DNA from: Nostoc sp. PCC 7120 = FACHB-418
GTDB lineage: Bacteria > Cyanobacteriota > Cyanobacteriia > Cyanobacteriales > Nostocaceae
Assembly (NCBI RefSeq): GCF_000009705.1
Contig: NC_003272.1
Span: forward strand, 4,950,001 to 4,982,000
Length of the DNA: 32,000 nt
Direction: 5' to 3'
Within the stretch, counting starts at the first letter, position 1, and each line of letters opens with the position of its first letter. The notes under the pieces were generated by a model, which searched no databases, had not been told where the DNA came from, and saw only the letters and a program-made list of their open reading frames with translations. This document shows, one piece after another, positions 9,324 through 19,264 of this stretch. The position numbers were made by a program, and so were the translations under genes.

Positions 9324-9445
9324 AGGATTTACCCATGAAAATGAAAAATCAAGGGTTTGCACAAAGACATAGGAGGTAAATGTTTAAAATCCTACCCTTA
9401 TCCCCTTATACCCGTCTCAACAGACAACCTGGGTGGGTAAGTCCT
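9324..9445. mobile_element. MITE-like small dispersed element, copy 2 (122 bp)
   Basis: It has terminal inverted repeats AGGATTTACCCA ... TGGGTAAGTCCT and the internal block GTTTAAAATCCTACCCTTATCCCCTTATACCC. It ends 1 nt before the stop codon of the 9447..10682 gene. Confidence 0.5.
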
Positions 9446-9446
9446 T

Positions 9447-10682
9447 TCAAGGATAAGAGTAACCATTATTTTGAATCCCGTTGATATTCTGCCCCTGAGG
9501 CAAGCCATTATTAGGAAAATTAGATTGGGGTAGTTGTGAATTGCCGTAATTACCAGGAATTACTGGATTTGTGGTTGTGTTAACGTTAGTGCGAGGATTT
9601 CGCACGCGATAGGGGCCAATAATCGGTGATGTTCCAGTCAGGACGCTTGATGTTGATTGATTTTGGTTTGGTAAATTTTGAAGATAATTTAAATTATGGG
9701 AGGGGTTCGGTAAAGTTTGCTGAATATAACCTGTTCCTGAACTGACTCCTGTATTAGGTGCGATCGGCTGATTGTTGTTCAAGTTATTATAAGGAAGTGG
9801 CTGAATGTAACCCGTTCCCGAATTTAACCTCGTATTTAGTGGAACAGCCTGACCGTTATTTAAGTTATTGTAAGAACTTGGTTGTGTATAATTTGAGCCA
9901 GGATTTAAACCCGTGCTAGGTGAAAACGTTGGACTAGGTTGAGTGCTGCTGGGAAAAGACTGCATCACTCCACCATAGGAAGGTACGCCTGTAGGGTTGA
10001 TGACGGCTGAAGGGTTATTATTTAAACTAGGCACGGTTTGATTAGGCGATTGGTTCAGTCCTGTTGGTAATACAGTACTTGAGTTAATGTTCTGCCTACC
10101 GTTGATTTGATTAACCAACCCTGGACTGAATATAGAAGGATTAGCAGTTTCTCTTATGGGTGCAGTGGAACCATTCCCCACTTTGTATCCCAACAACTGA
10201 TTATTATCTGTTGCACCAAACCGCAATAAATTTTCTGCTTCTGACACAAAGATACTTTTTCCGACAGTTGTAGGTAATTGACCGTTAACTAAATTGGCCC
10301 CTGAATTTGGTTTAGGAGTATCAATAGACTGTGTTTTGTTGGCTGTATTAGGTACTGGAGTTTTATTTTTATTCTCCTGCGATTTAGCTATCGTTGTTGG
10401 TGTAATGATTGGCTCAGTTTCAGCAAACAAGGACTGCAAATTATCAATATCTGCTGCAATAGCTTTATCCTCTTCAGACAGAGAGGGGTCATCAGCATTT
10501 GCCGCAGGATTCTGAGTTGCTGGATTGCTAGTTGATACATCGGGGTTAGCCCAGTATTGCTGAATAACTAGCCCTACGACACATAGGAAAATTGCTGTTC
10601 CCCAAAAACTAGGTTTGCCCAAATTTAATAACCTAGCTCTGAGATAGCGCCAGTATGGAGAGGGATAACGACGATTTGGCAT
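9447..10682 (-). CDS. Membrane-anchored N/Q/S/T/P-rich low-complexity protein, 411 aa
   Basis: ATG start. The N-terminus is basic and is followed by one TM segment (WGTAIFLCVVGLVIQQYW). Residues 179-411 contain no D, E or K. Three tandem 27-aa repeats lie at 9657-9899 (GSNYTQPSSYNNLNNGQAVPLNTRLNS / GTGYIQPLPYNNLNNNQPIAPNTGVSS / a degenerate third). Confidence 0.6.
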   Translation of the reverse strand: MPNRRYPSPYWRYLRARLLNLGKPSFWGTAIFLCVVGLVIQQYWANPDVSTSNPATQNPAANADDPSLSEEDKAIAADIDNLQSLFAETEPIITPTTIAKSQENKNKTPVPNTANKTQSIDTPKPNSGANLVNGQLPTTVGKSIFVSEAENLLRFGATDNNQLLGYKVGNGSTAPIRETANPSIFSPGLVNQINGRQNINSSTVLPTGLNQSPNQTVPSLNNNPSAVINPTGVPSYGGVMQSFPSSTQPSPTFSPSTGLNPGSNYTQPSSYNNLNNGQAVPLNTRLNSGTGYIQPLPYNNLNNNQPIAPNTGVSSGTGYIQQTLPNPSHNLNYLQNLPNQNQSTSSVLTGTSPIIGPYRVRNPRTNVNTTTNPVIPGNYGNSQLPQSNFPNNGLPQGQNINGIQNNGYSYP

Positions 10683-10790
10683 ATATTTTTGCTAGATAAC
10701 TTATTTACAGTTTTATATTATTTATACTTAGGATTGTATGATTTATTCCTACCTACCTATTTAAAGTGTAGGTGTTGCAGTCTTGAAATT

Positions 10791-10886
10791 TGGTAATGGG
10801 CTTTCGCCAAAAGCGTCAGCCAAACTGTCATTGATATTTGCCAATAAAGAATTTTCCAACAACCTCTTAGCTATTACCCATTACCA
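10791..10886. repeat. 10-bp perfect inverted repeat TGGTAATGGG ... CCCATTACCA flanking a 76-bp spacer
   Basis: Direct reading. It lies 12 nt downstream of the stop of the 10898..11437 gene. It could be a terminator or a small inserted element. Confidence 0.4.
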
Positions 10887-10897
10887 GTTCTAATTCA

Positions 10898-11437
10898 TTA
10901 AAATCTTTCTGTTTCCTGAGATGGTGCGACGGCTCCTGGTTGAGACATAAAGAAGTTTTGGGCAGACTCATTTTGGTAAATACACCTAATATCAGGTTTT
11001 TCGCTGTCTAAATTACCTGTAAAGCCAAAGGTGTTGAGACGATTCTTACATTCTCTAACTTGATCGGATGTGACAAGTTTACGTTGTTCCAAAAGCGCCC
11101 AGTTATTTTGCCGCAGAACACATCCAGGCCGCATACTAGGTTGAGCAACATAGACATTGAACGGATTAAGAGTCACAAATAATCTAGCATCCATTACCAT
11201 TGCACTAGCCCCATACTGGACGCAAATCTCTGGATTTGGTGCTTTCGTGTCGATAAATTCACGAGAGGCAACATTTGATGAAGATAAGGTGGTTGTAGAG
11301 CTAAAAGCAATACCAATTCCAATTCCTAATACAAGAACTCCCCCCAAAATAGCAATAGTGGCAAAGTTAAATATGGAGGGTTGGAAACCAGGAGATTTAG
11401 ATGTAGTAGTTGATCTACCAGTAGATTTACGTCTCAT
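10898..11437 (-). CDS. Conserved hypothetical membrane-anchored protein with 4 Cys (possibly DUF3172-like, family name from memory)
   Basis: 179 aa with an ATG start. A basic N-terminus is followed by one TM segment (FATIAILGGVLVLGIGIGIAF) and then a soluble domain with C..C..C..C. Confidence 0.6.
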   Translation of the reverse strand: MRRKSTGRSTTTSKSPGFQPSIFNFATIAILGGVLVLGIGIGIAFSSTTTLSSSNVASREFIDTKAPNPEICVQYGASAMVMDARLFVTLNPFNVYVAQPSMRPGCVLRQNNWALLEQRKLVTSDQVRECKNRLNTFGFTGNLDSEKPDIRCIYQNESAQNFFMSQPGAVAPSQETERF

Positions 11438-12150
11438 TCTTGCTTTATAACCTTCATACCTGAAAAAGTCGGGAGTTGTTCTAACAGTAATAAGTTACAA
11501 GTTATCAATGCAAGAGAATGTTAATAACTGTTTGCTGTTCACTGATTTAATTTACTCTCCCTATTTCAGTATGCCGATTATTGACGTAATTGACCGCTAC
11601 TTTCCAGACAATATTTAATATCTGATGTATTACCATAATAAAATCTCAATGTCTAGTGAATTTCAACCTATAAGAATTTCTGTTCAATATTTAGTGTTAA
11701 GAACCCATAGGCTAATTAGCCATGACCGACGCTCAGTCGTAGACCATCGCGGCTTAAGATAGCTTTAATATTCAGATAAAATTGGCGTTTATGCTTATAT
11801 AAATGAGAGGTAGAGTGATTTTTGCATAATTAGTACTTAAATGAGTACGATTATGAGCAACTGACACAGTTTGGGATAATAACAACCTGAAGATTGCAGT
11901 TGATCCACGAAAACAGAATTTAGAAAGGTGCTGATTGTATTACATTCCGCATTTTTCCGACTTCTATCCTCCTACTGACCTTCTACCTTGTAGTTGATGC
12001 AGTAGATGTTATGGGACAAGTATGGTTAATAGGATACCAAACCCTGTTCCCCAACTCAGTCTGATGCACTTGTGCATTGCCTAATCAACAGCCTTTCGGT
12101 TGTCATTGTCCTAATAGAGAACCTCAACTGTCAAATTTACGGAAGTGAAA

Positions 12151-12582
12151 ATGCAAGAACCGGAATTCGCCCAAACCCAGTCAAAAGAGGCAACAGTGCC
12201 AGAAATCAACAGCCAAACAGGAACTATTACTAAACTCCAGCCTCCTGTGCAGTCTCAAGAGGAATGGCGCAAATATGGAGAACAAGTTTCTGATTTTTTA
12301 GCGACTCTTCCCGATTACGTAGGAAACTTTTTTAACCAATACAAACAACCCTTAGTCAGTGTGGGTTTAATTGTGGCATCAATTGTCGCAGTTAAGGTAC
12401 TGTTAGCAGTTTTAGATTCTTTGAATGATATTCCTTTAGTAGCACCAACATTTGAATTGATTGGTATCGGTTACTCTGCTTGGTTTGTTTACCGCTACTT
12501 ATTGAAAGCTTCAACCAGACAGGAGCTAACTCATGAAATTACCACTCTCAAATCCCAAGTAGTTGGTCAAGAGGATTCATAG
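12151..12582 (+). CDS. CAAD-domain protein (CURT1/CurT-like thylakoid curvature protein)
   Basis: Two adjacent TM helices are followed by FELIGIGYSAWFVYRYLL, which I recognise as the CAAD/CURT1 hallmark. An upstream LPDYVGNFFNQYKQPL block is also present. I placed the start at ATG 12151 (GGAAG lies 5 nt upstream) rather than GTG 12145. Confidence 0.72.
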   Translation: MQEPEFAQTQSKEATVPEINSQTGTITKLQPPVQSQEEWRKYGEQVSDFLATLPDYVGNFFNQYKQPLVSVGLIVASIVAVKVLLAVLDSLNDIPLVAPTFELIGIGYSAWFVYRYLLKASTRQELTHEITTLKSQVVGQEDS

Positions 12583-12627
12583 TCTAATTTTTGACTAACC
12601 AAAGCCCAAGACTACTTTTATAAGAGA

Positions 12628-12663
12628 AATGACCAAGCAAAACTATGCTTGGTCATTTTTTTA
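12628..12663. terminator. Rho-independent terminator between the convergent CAAD gene and hom
   Basis: The stem AATGACCAAGCA / TGCTTGGTCATT has a 6-nt loop and is followed by a T7 run on the plus strand. The minus strand has the tail TTTCTCTT. Confidence 0.75.
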
Positions 12664-12714
12664 CTGCACTGTGTGTATAAGTTGTCAGTTGTCTGCTTTT
12701 TCTCGTCCCACTCC

Positions 12715-14004
12715 CTACAACACCCGCAATATGCTAGGAATGCTATCAATCGCCGGTAAATTTTGAATTTCTGCTAGGGCTTGGCGAAATTCACCTTCTC
12801 TGACATCGTGCGTCACAACTACAATCTCTACTAGTTCCCCTTGAAAGCCAGTTTGGACAATTGATTCTATACTCACCCCATGATTTCCAAAGCAAGTACC
12901 TAATTGACCAATGACGCCAGCTTGGTCTTTGGTGAGGAATCGGGCGTAAAATCTGGTTAAAAGGTCGCTAATGGGAGCAACTTGGCTATATTCTTCGTGT
13001 CTACAGGTTAATAGGGGATTGGGGGCTGTCGTATTACTCTTCAGGGCTGCTACCAAACTCAATATATCCGAGGTGACGGCGCTGGCGGTTGCTCCTGCAC
13101 CTGCACCAGGGCCAAAAAACATCACCTGACCTATGGGTTCTCCTTCTACAAGAATGGCGTTATACACGCCGTTAATACTAGCTAGGGGATGTGTTTTGGG
13201 TACGAAGGTGGGGTGAACTCTGACCGATAGTTTAGTGGCATCTTGAGCCTGATTTTTAGCGATCGCTAGTAATTTAATCACAAATCCCAATTTTTCGGCA
13301 TAGGCGATATCTGTTTTACTGACTTGACGAATCCCCTCACAGTAGACATCCTGCAAGTTAATTCGCCCATCAAAAGCCAATGACGCGAGAATAGCAATTT
13401 TATCTGCCGCATCTAAACCCTCTACATCCGCCGTAGGGTCGGCTTCTGCGTAACCCAAGCGCTGGGCATCAGCTAAGACATCAGCAAATTCGCTACCCTC
13501 TGTTTGCATCCGGGTGAGGATGTAGTTAGTAGTACCATTAACAATGCCTGTAACAGTATGCAGTCTGTTGACACTTAAAGCCTGCTTCAATGGTTGAATT
13601 ACAGGAATACCACCACCAACGGCGGCTTCCAGCATCACATAAACTCCGGCTTGATTAGCAGCCGTAAAAATTTCTGCCCCGAAACGAGCGATCGCCGCTT
13701 TATTAGCTGTGACTACGTGCTTACCATTATGTATGGCTTGGAGAATGAGCGATCGCGCCGGTTCTAATCCCCCCATGACCTCAACAACAATATCTACTGC
13801 TGGGTCATTGACAATTGACTCTAAATCTGTAGTTATAACTTCCGGCTGTAATTGTACATCGCGGGATTTATCAAGCGATCGTACTCCCACCCGATATATT
13901 TCTATTTCTTGCAGCAAAGGGTGACGACCAACTGTATCTTGTAGCAGTTGCACCGTTCCCGTTCCTACCGTACCTAATCCTAAGATTCCCAGCTTTACAC
14001 CCAC
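12715..14004 (-). CDS. hom: Homoserine dehydrogenase (with C-terminal ACT domain)
   Basis: 429 aa. The N-terminus carries the NAD-binding motif LGILGLGTVGTG, followed by the central catalytic domain and a C-terminal ACT-like region. The start codon at 14004 is GTG. Confidence 0.92.
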   Translation of the reverse strand: MGVKLGILGLGTVGTGTVQLLQDTVGRHPLLQEIEIYRVGVRSLDKSRDVQLQPEVITTDLESIVNDPAVDIVVEVMGGLEPARSLILQAIHNGKHVVTANKAAIARFGAEIFTAANQAGVYVMLEAAVGGGIPVIQPLKQALSVNRLHTVTGIVNGTTNYILTRMQTEGSEFADVLADAQRLGYAEADPTADVEGLDAADKIAILASLAFDGRINLQDVYCEGIRQVSKTDIAYAEKLGFVIKLLAIAKNQAQDATKLSVRVHPTFVPKTHPLASINGVYNAILVEGEPIGQVMFFGPGAGAGATASAVTSDILSLVAALKSNTTAPNPLLTCRHEEYSQVAPISDLLTRFYARFLTKDQAGVIGQLGTCFGNHGVSIESIVQTGFQGELVEIVVVTHDVREGEFRQALAEIQNLPAIDSIPSILRVL

Positions 14005-14033
14005 AAACTTTGTACCAAATTTAGTTTTAAGTG

Positions 14034-14061
14034 CTGAGTCCTGAGTCCTGAGTCCTGAGTC
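14034..14061. repeat. STRR heptamer array (CTGAGTC) x4
   Basis: Direct reading. The same heptamer recurs at 15842-15865. Confidence 0.9.
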
Positions 14062-14112
14062 ATCATCCCCAGAACTAAGAACTCATTTCTCAGGTATTTA
14101 TATACAAAACAA

Positions 14113-14141
14113 TTGTAGGGTCGGCACTGCCCACCCTACAA
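14113..14141. repeat. Palindromic dispersed repeat TTGTAGGGTCGGCA-C-TGCCCACCCTACAA
   Basis: A near-perfect 14-bp palindrome. The same GTAGGGTGGGCA..TGCCCACCCTAC core occurs at 24908-24962. Confidence 0.8.
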
Positions 14142-14169
14142 ATTCATCAATTTTGTTAGTTGTTTGTCC

Positions 14170-14208
14170 TCAGTTGTCAGTTGTTTGTATTTTGCGACTG
14201 ACAACTGA
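14170..14208. terminator. Hairpin built from inverted heptamer repeats, immediately downstream of petH
   Basis: TCAGTTGTCAGT (14170-14181) pairs with ACTGACAACTGA (14197-14208) across a 15-nt loop. It lies about 20 nt after the petH stop. There is no clear U tract, so terminator function is inferred. Confidence 0.45.
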
Positions 14209-14227
14209 CAATTGACCAATAACCAAC

Positions 14228-15586
<1,359 letters not shown>

Positions 15587-15841
15587 TCAAAAAAGCTTTT
15601 CTCTTCACAAGCCAGCTTTAGTTTATCGGATTTTTCGTTACTAAAACTAGCACTCTGAGAAAGTAGCATTATCAATCAATGCTTTGGTTGTTACACTCTC
15701 CTCAAGACGTGCAGGCATAGTAATAAACACACCTGTTCACCTTCTAACTTAGAGGATAAGTCTCGTGGAGAATGTTAATAATGAGTCAATTTAATCTTTT
15801 TTTTCGTGAACTTATACGCCTGGCTGGAAAAAGCAATTAGT

Positions 15842-15865
15842 CTTGAGTCCTGAGTCCTGAGTCTT
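15842..15865. repeat. STRR heptamer array (CCTGAGT-type) about 3 units
   Basis: Direct reading gives cttgagt cctgagt cctgagt ctt. Confidence 0.8.
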
Positions 15866-15999
15866 GTATGCAAGTGCAATTAACAAATCATGAATGCTCT
15901 TGAGAAGACTTTTTATCAGCAGCCATCATCAACTGTGTACACCAGGACGGATGAAAAAGCCAATAGAGACTAGAGATGAGAAACCTGTGCTTTTTACTT

Positions 16000-16085
16000 A
16001 GCACTCAGCACCGACTACACGCCTTGCTACCGCTCTAAGCATAGCTATACCCGCAGGGCTTTACAGCACCCAGCACTCAGCACTT
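16000..16085. repeat. Heptamer array (AGCACYC) split by a 51-nt insert
   Basis: AGCACTC AGCACCG at 16000-16013 and AGCACCC AGCACTC AGCACTT at 16065-16085 flank 51 nt of unrelated sequence. Confidence 0.7.
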
Positions 16086-16718
16086 TTCCCCGCCAGATAC
16101 ATAACATAAGTTTTACTTGATGTGAAACATCTGTCAACCTATATTCAGCACCTTGGGATCATGCTTAAATTCAGCGTTATCTATCGGTATAAGATGATCC
16201 CCATAACTTTTTTGTACAACTTGCTGGTTCGCTCTGGAGATAGATTCAGCCGAGAATATTTTTCGCTAGGACGAGGGTATAAATTAAAAATTAGCGAAAA
16301 TCTTCCCAAATTCGCTGCAAAAAAAATTTATACCTTATAGACTGAATGATATAAACTTACAAAATAATAGACGAGTTTGCTACACAGATTACGAGTAGTG
16401 ATTAGTGGAATTTTAGAAACCACAATTACATCATTGGTATGTTTGTTCAGTTGGTAGATTCTCTTGACAATCAATCTTGTATGGGATACCCCATTCTGTT
16501 AAAATCAGCTATACCACTAGGATTAAATACTTACCAGCTATAAATCAAGGATATTCACAGGATTGCAGCCGTTAATTTCGGTTGTAGGCCTATCTGGATG
16601 ATTAATTAATGCTGTTAGGTAGCAAGAACGCAGGACAAACCTATGGGGTAAACTCCTGGCTTCACATTCTGCTGTGTGAAAAATTATTGATTGACACATT
16701 TAGTATCTGAGGAGATTT

Positions 16719-17723
16719 ATGACAACTAAGCCGGAACGCGTGGTACTGATTGGAGTAGCCGGAGACTCCGGGTGCGGTAAATCTACGTTTTTGCGTCGTC
16801 TGATAGATTTATTTGGTGAAGAGTTTATGACGGTCATCTGTTTAGATGACTACCATTCTTTGGATCGTAAACAACGTAAAGAAACTGGAATCACCGCACT
16901 TGACCCCAGGGCCAACAATTTTGACCTGATGTATGAGCAGATCAAAGCGCTCAAAGAAGGGCAAACGATTAATAAGCCGATTTATAACCACGAAACCGGC
17001 CTAATTGATCCACCTGAGATAGTAAAGCCAAATCACATTGTAGTGGTTGAGGGTTTACACCCTCTATATGATGAACGGGTGAGATCGCTCCTCGATTTCA
17101 GCGTCTACTTTGACATCAGCGATGAAGTCAAAATTGCTTGGAAAATCCAGCGTGATATGGCAGAAAGAGGTCATCGCTACGAAGACGTTCTAGCGGCCAT
17201 CAATTCTCGTAAGCCAGATTTTCAAAAATATATCGAACCTCAAAGAGAATTCGCCGATGTGGTGCTACAAGTACTACCCACCAACTTAATCAAGGATGAT
17301 ACAGAACGTAAAGTCCTACGGGTGCGGATGTTACAACGGGAAGGAAAAGAAGGTTTTGAACCCGCTTACCTGTTTGATGAAGGTTCAACAATTAACTGGA
17401 CTCCTTGCGGACGTAAGCTTACCTGTTCTTACCCAGGAATGCAGTTATACTACGGTTCCGATGTTTACTACGGTCGCTATGTCTCAGTTCTAGAGGTGGA
17501 TGGTCAATTTGACAACCTCGAAGAAGTAATCTACATCGAAACCCACCTCAGCAATACATCTACTAAGTATCAAGGTGAGTTAACTCAGCTGTTACTCCAA
17601 CACCGTGAATATCCCGGTTCAAATAACGGAACTGGTTTTTTCCAAGTATTAACAGGTTTGAAAATGCGTGCTGCTTACGAGCGCTTGACAACAAAGGAAG
17701 CCAAACTAGCAGTTCAGGTTTAA
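16719..17723 (+). CDS. prk: Phosphoribulokinase
   Basis: 334 aa with the P-loop GVAGDSGCGKST, LDDYH and EGLHPLYDERV. ATG start, with GAGGAG 7 nt upstream. Confidence 0.97.
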   Translation: MTTKPERVVLIGVAGDSGCGKSTFLRRLIDLFGEEFMTVICLDDYHSLDRKQRKETGITALDPRANNFDLMYEQIKALKEGQTINKPIYNHETGLIDPPEIVKPNHIVVVEGLHPLYDERVRSLLDFSVYFDISDEVKIAWKIQRDMAERGHRYEDVLAAINSRKPDFQKYIEPQREFADVVLQVLPTNLIKDDTERKVLRVRMLQREGKEGFEPAYLFDEGSTINWTPCGRKLTCSYPGMQLYYGSDVYYGRYVSVLEVDGQFDNLEEVIYIETHLSNTSTKYQGELTQLLLQHREYPGSNNGTGFFQVLTGLKMRAAYERLTTKEAKLAVQV

Positions 17724-17750
17724 TACAGCAGTTTTTGTGTCAAAACTTCT

Positions 17751-17777
17751 GGGGTACTGACGAGTACCCCTTTTTTT
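17751..17777 (+). terminator. Rho-independent terminator of prk
   Basis: GGGGTACT-gacg-AGTACCCC is followed by TTTTTTT, 28 nt after the prk stop. Confidence 0.85.
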
Positions 17778-17973
17778 GTATCCATGAAAACATATACAAC
17801 CTATGGATAATTTCAGTAAATTAAATTTATTTAAAATAGATACTTAAAAATAGAGTAACTTTACCTGAAAAAACAAGATACTCCCTGCTGGATGTGTCAA
17901 GATTGTTATGATTTCAGTAATTAGTAGCTTGACTAAATATCTCAAATGTCTAGTCAGTGAAAATACTATCATT

Positions 17974-17980
17974 AGGAGGA
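17974..17980 (+). promoter_or_regulatory. Shine-Dalgarno AGGAGGA serving the TTG start of metK
   Basis: AGGAGGA is followed by a 7-nt spacer and then TTG at 17988. The downstream peptide [18 protein letters not shown] is the canonical MetK N-terminus. Confidence 0.8.
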
Positions 17981-17987
17981 ATACGAA

Positions 17988-19250
17988 TTGTCTCGACGTT
18001 ATTTATTTACCTCCGAGTCAGTCACCGAAGGCCATCCAGATAAAATCTGCGATCAAATTTCTGATACGATTTTAGACACTTTGCTGGCACAAGACCCGAC
18101 TAGTCGGGTGGCAGCTGAGGTTGTGGTAAATACTGGCTTGGTGTTAATCACCGGTGAAATCACCACCAAGGCTAACGTTAATTATGCCAATATTGCCCGC
18201 CAAAAAATTGCGGAAATTGGCTACACCAATGCTGATAATGGCTTTTCTGCTAACAGCACTAGTGTAATTGTGGCTTTAGATGAACAATCACCAGATATTG
18301 CTCAAGGTGTCAACACTGCTCAAGAAACCCGCGAACAGGATAGTGAAGAACTATTCGATAAAATCGGCGCTGGTGATCAAGGTATCATGTTCGGTTTTGC
18401 TTGTAACGAAACTCCAGAATTGATGCCTTTGCCTATTTGCTTGGCTCACCGCATTGCTCGCCGACTAGCAGCAGTCCGTAAGACTGGGGAGTTGTCCTAC
18501 TTACGTCCTGATGGTAAAACTCAAGTTACCGTCGTTTATGAAGATGGCCGCCCAGTTGGCATTGATACAGTGCTGATTTCCACCCAGCATACAGCCACCA
18601 TCGGGGATATTACTGATGAAGCGGCAGTACAAGCCAAAATTAAACAAGACCTGTGGACTGCTGTAGTGGAACCAGTGTTTGGTGACTTGGAAATTAAACC
18701 AGATCAAGAGACACGCTTTTTAGTTAACCCCACTGGCAAGTTTGTCATTGGTGGCCCGCAAGGCGACTCTGGTTTGACAGGACGGAAAATTATCGTTGAT
18801 ACCTATGGCGGTTACTCCCGACATGGTGGTGGCGCTTTCTCTGGCAAAGACCCCACAAAGGTAGACCGTTCTGCGGCTTATGCGGCTCGTTATGTAGCTA
18901 AAAATGTTGTAGCTGCCGGGTTAGCAGAAAAATGTGAAGTCCAGTTGAGCTATGCGATTGGTGTAGCGCGACCGGTGAGTATTTTTCTAGATACCTTCGG
19001 GACTGGCAAGGTAGATGATGAAATTCTGTTGGAACTAGTTAAAGATAACTTTGAACTACGTCCAGCAGGGATTATCCACAGCTTCAACTTACGCAACTTA
19101 CCAAGCGAACGAGGCGGACGTTTTTATCAGGACGTCGCGGCTTACGGTCACTTGGGACGGAACGATCTAGATTTACCCTGGGAACGTACCGATAAGGCGG
19201 ATTTCTTGAAGCAAGCGGTTACTCATTCATTGTCAGCTGCGATCGCCTAG
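17988..19250 (+). CDS. metK: S-adenosylmethionine synthetase (methionine adenosyltransferase)
   Basis: 420 aa carrying [23 protein letters not shown] and [19 protein letters not shown] start. Confidence 0.96.
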   Translation: MSRRYLFTSESVTEGHPDKICDQISDTILDTLLAQDPTSRVAAEVVVNTGLVLITGEITTKANVNYANIARQKIAEIGYTNADNGFSANSTSVIVALDEQSPDIAQGVNTAQETREQDSEELFDKIGAGDQGIMFGFACNETPELMPLPICLAHRIARRLAAVRKTGELSYLRPDGKTQVTVVYEDGRPVGIDTVLISTQHTATIGDITDEAAVQAKIKQDLWTAVVEPVFGDLEIKPDQETRFLVNPTGKFVIGGPQGDSGLTGRKIIVDTYGGYSRHGGGAFSGKDPTKVDRSAAYAARYVAKNVVAAGLAEKCEVQLSYAIGVARPVSIFLDTFGTGKVDDEILLELVKDNFELRPAGIIHSFNLRNLPSERGGRFYQDVAAYGHLGRNDLDLPWERTDKADFLKQAVTHSLSAAIA

Positions 19251-19264
19251 ATACTCTCTAATCC

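Noticed and set aside
10294-11450. ORFs 10294..10515 (+) and 11157..11450 (+)
   Set aside because: They are antisense shadows of the N/Q-rich gene and of the 179-aa gene.
16122-16340. 72-aa GTG-start ORF in the petH-prk spacer
   Set aside because: It has no SD, an Ile/Tyr/Lys/Phe-rich composition typical of translated AT-rich DNA, and it overlaps the nested hairpin.
17778-17987. SAM riboswitch in the metK leader
   Set aside because: The leader is AT-rich with only short hairpins, such as TATCCAT...ATGGATA. I could not recognise any conserved SAM-I, SAM-II or SAM-V core elements.
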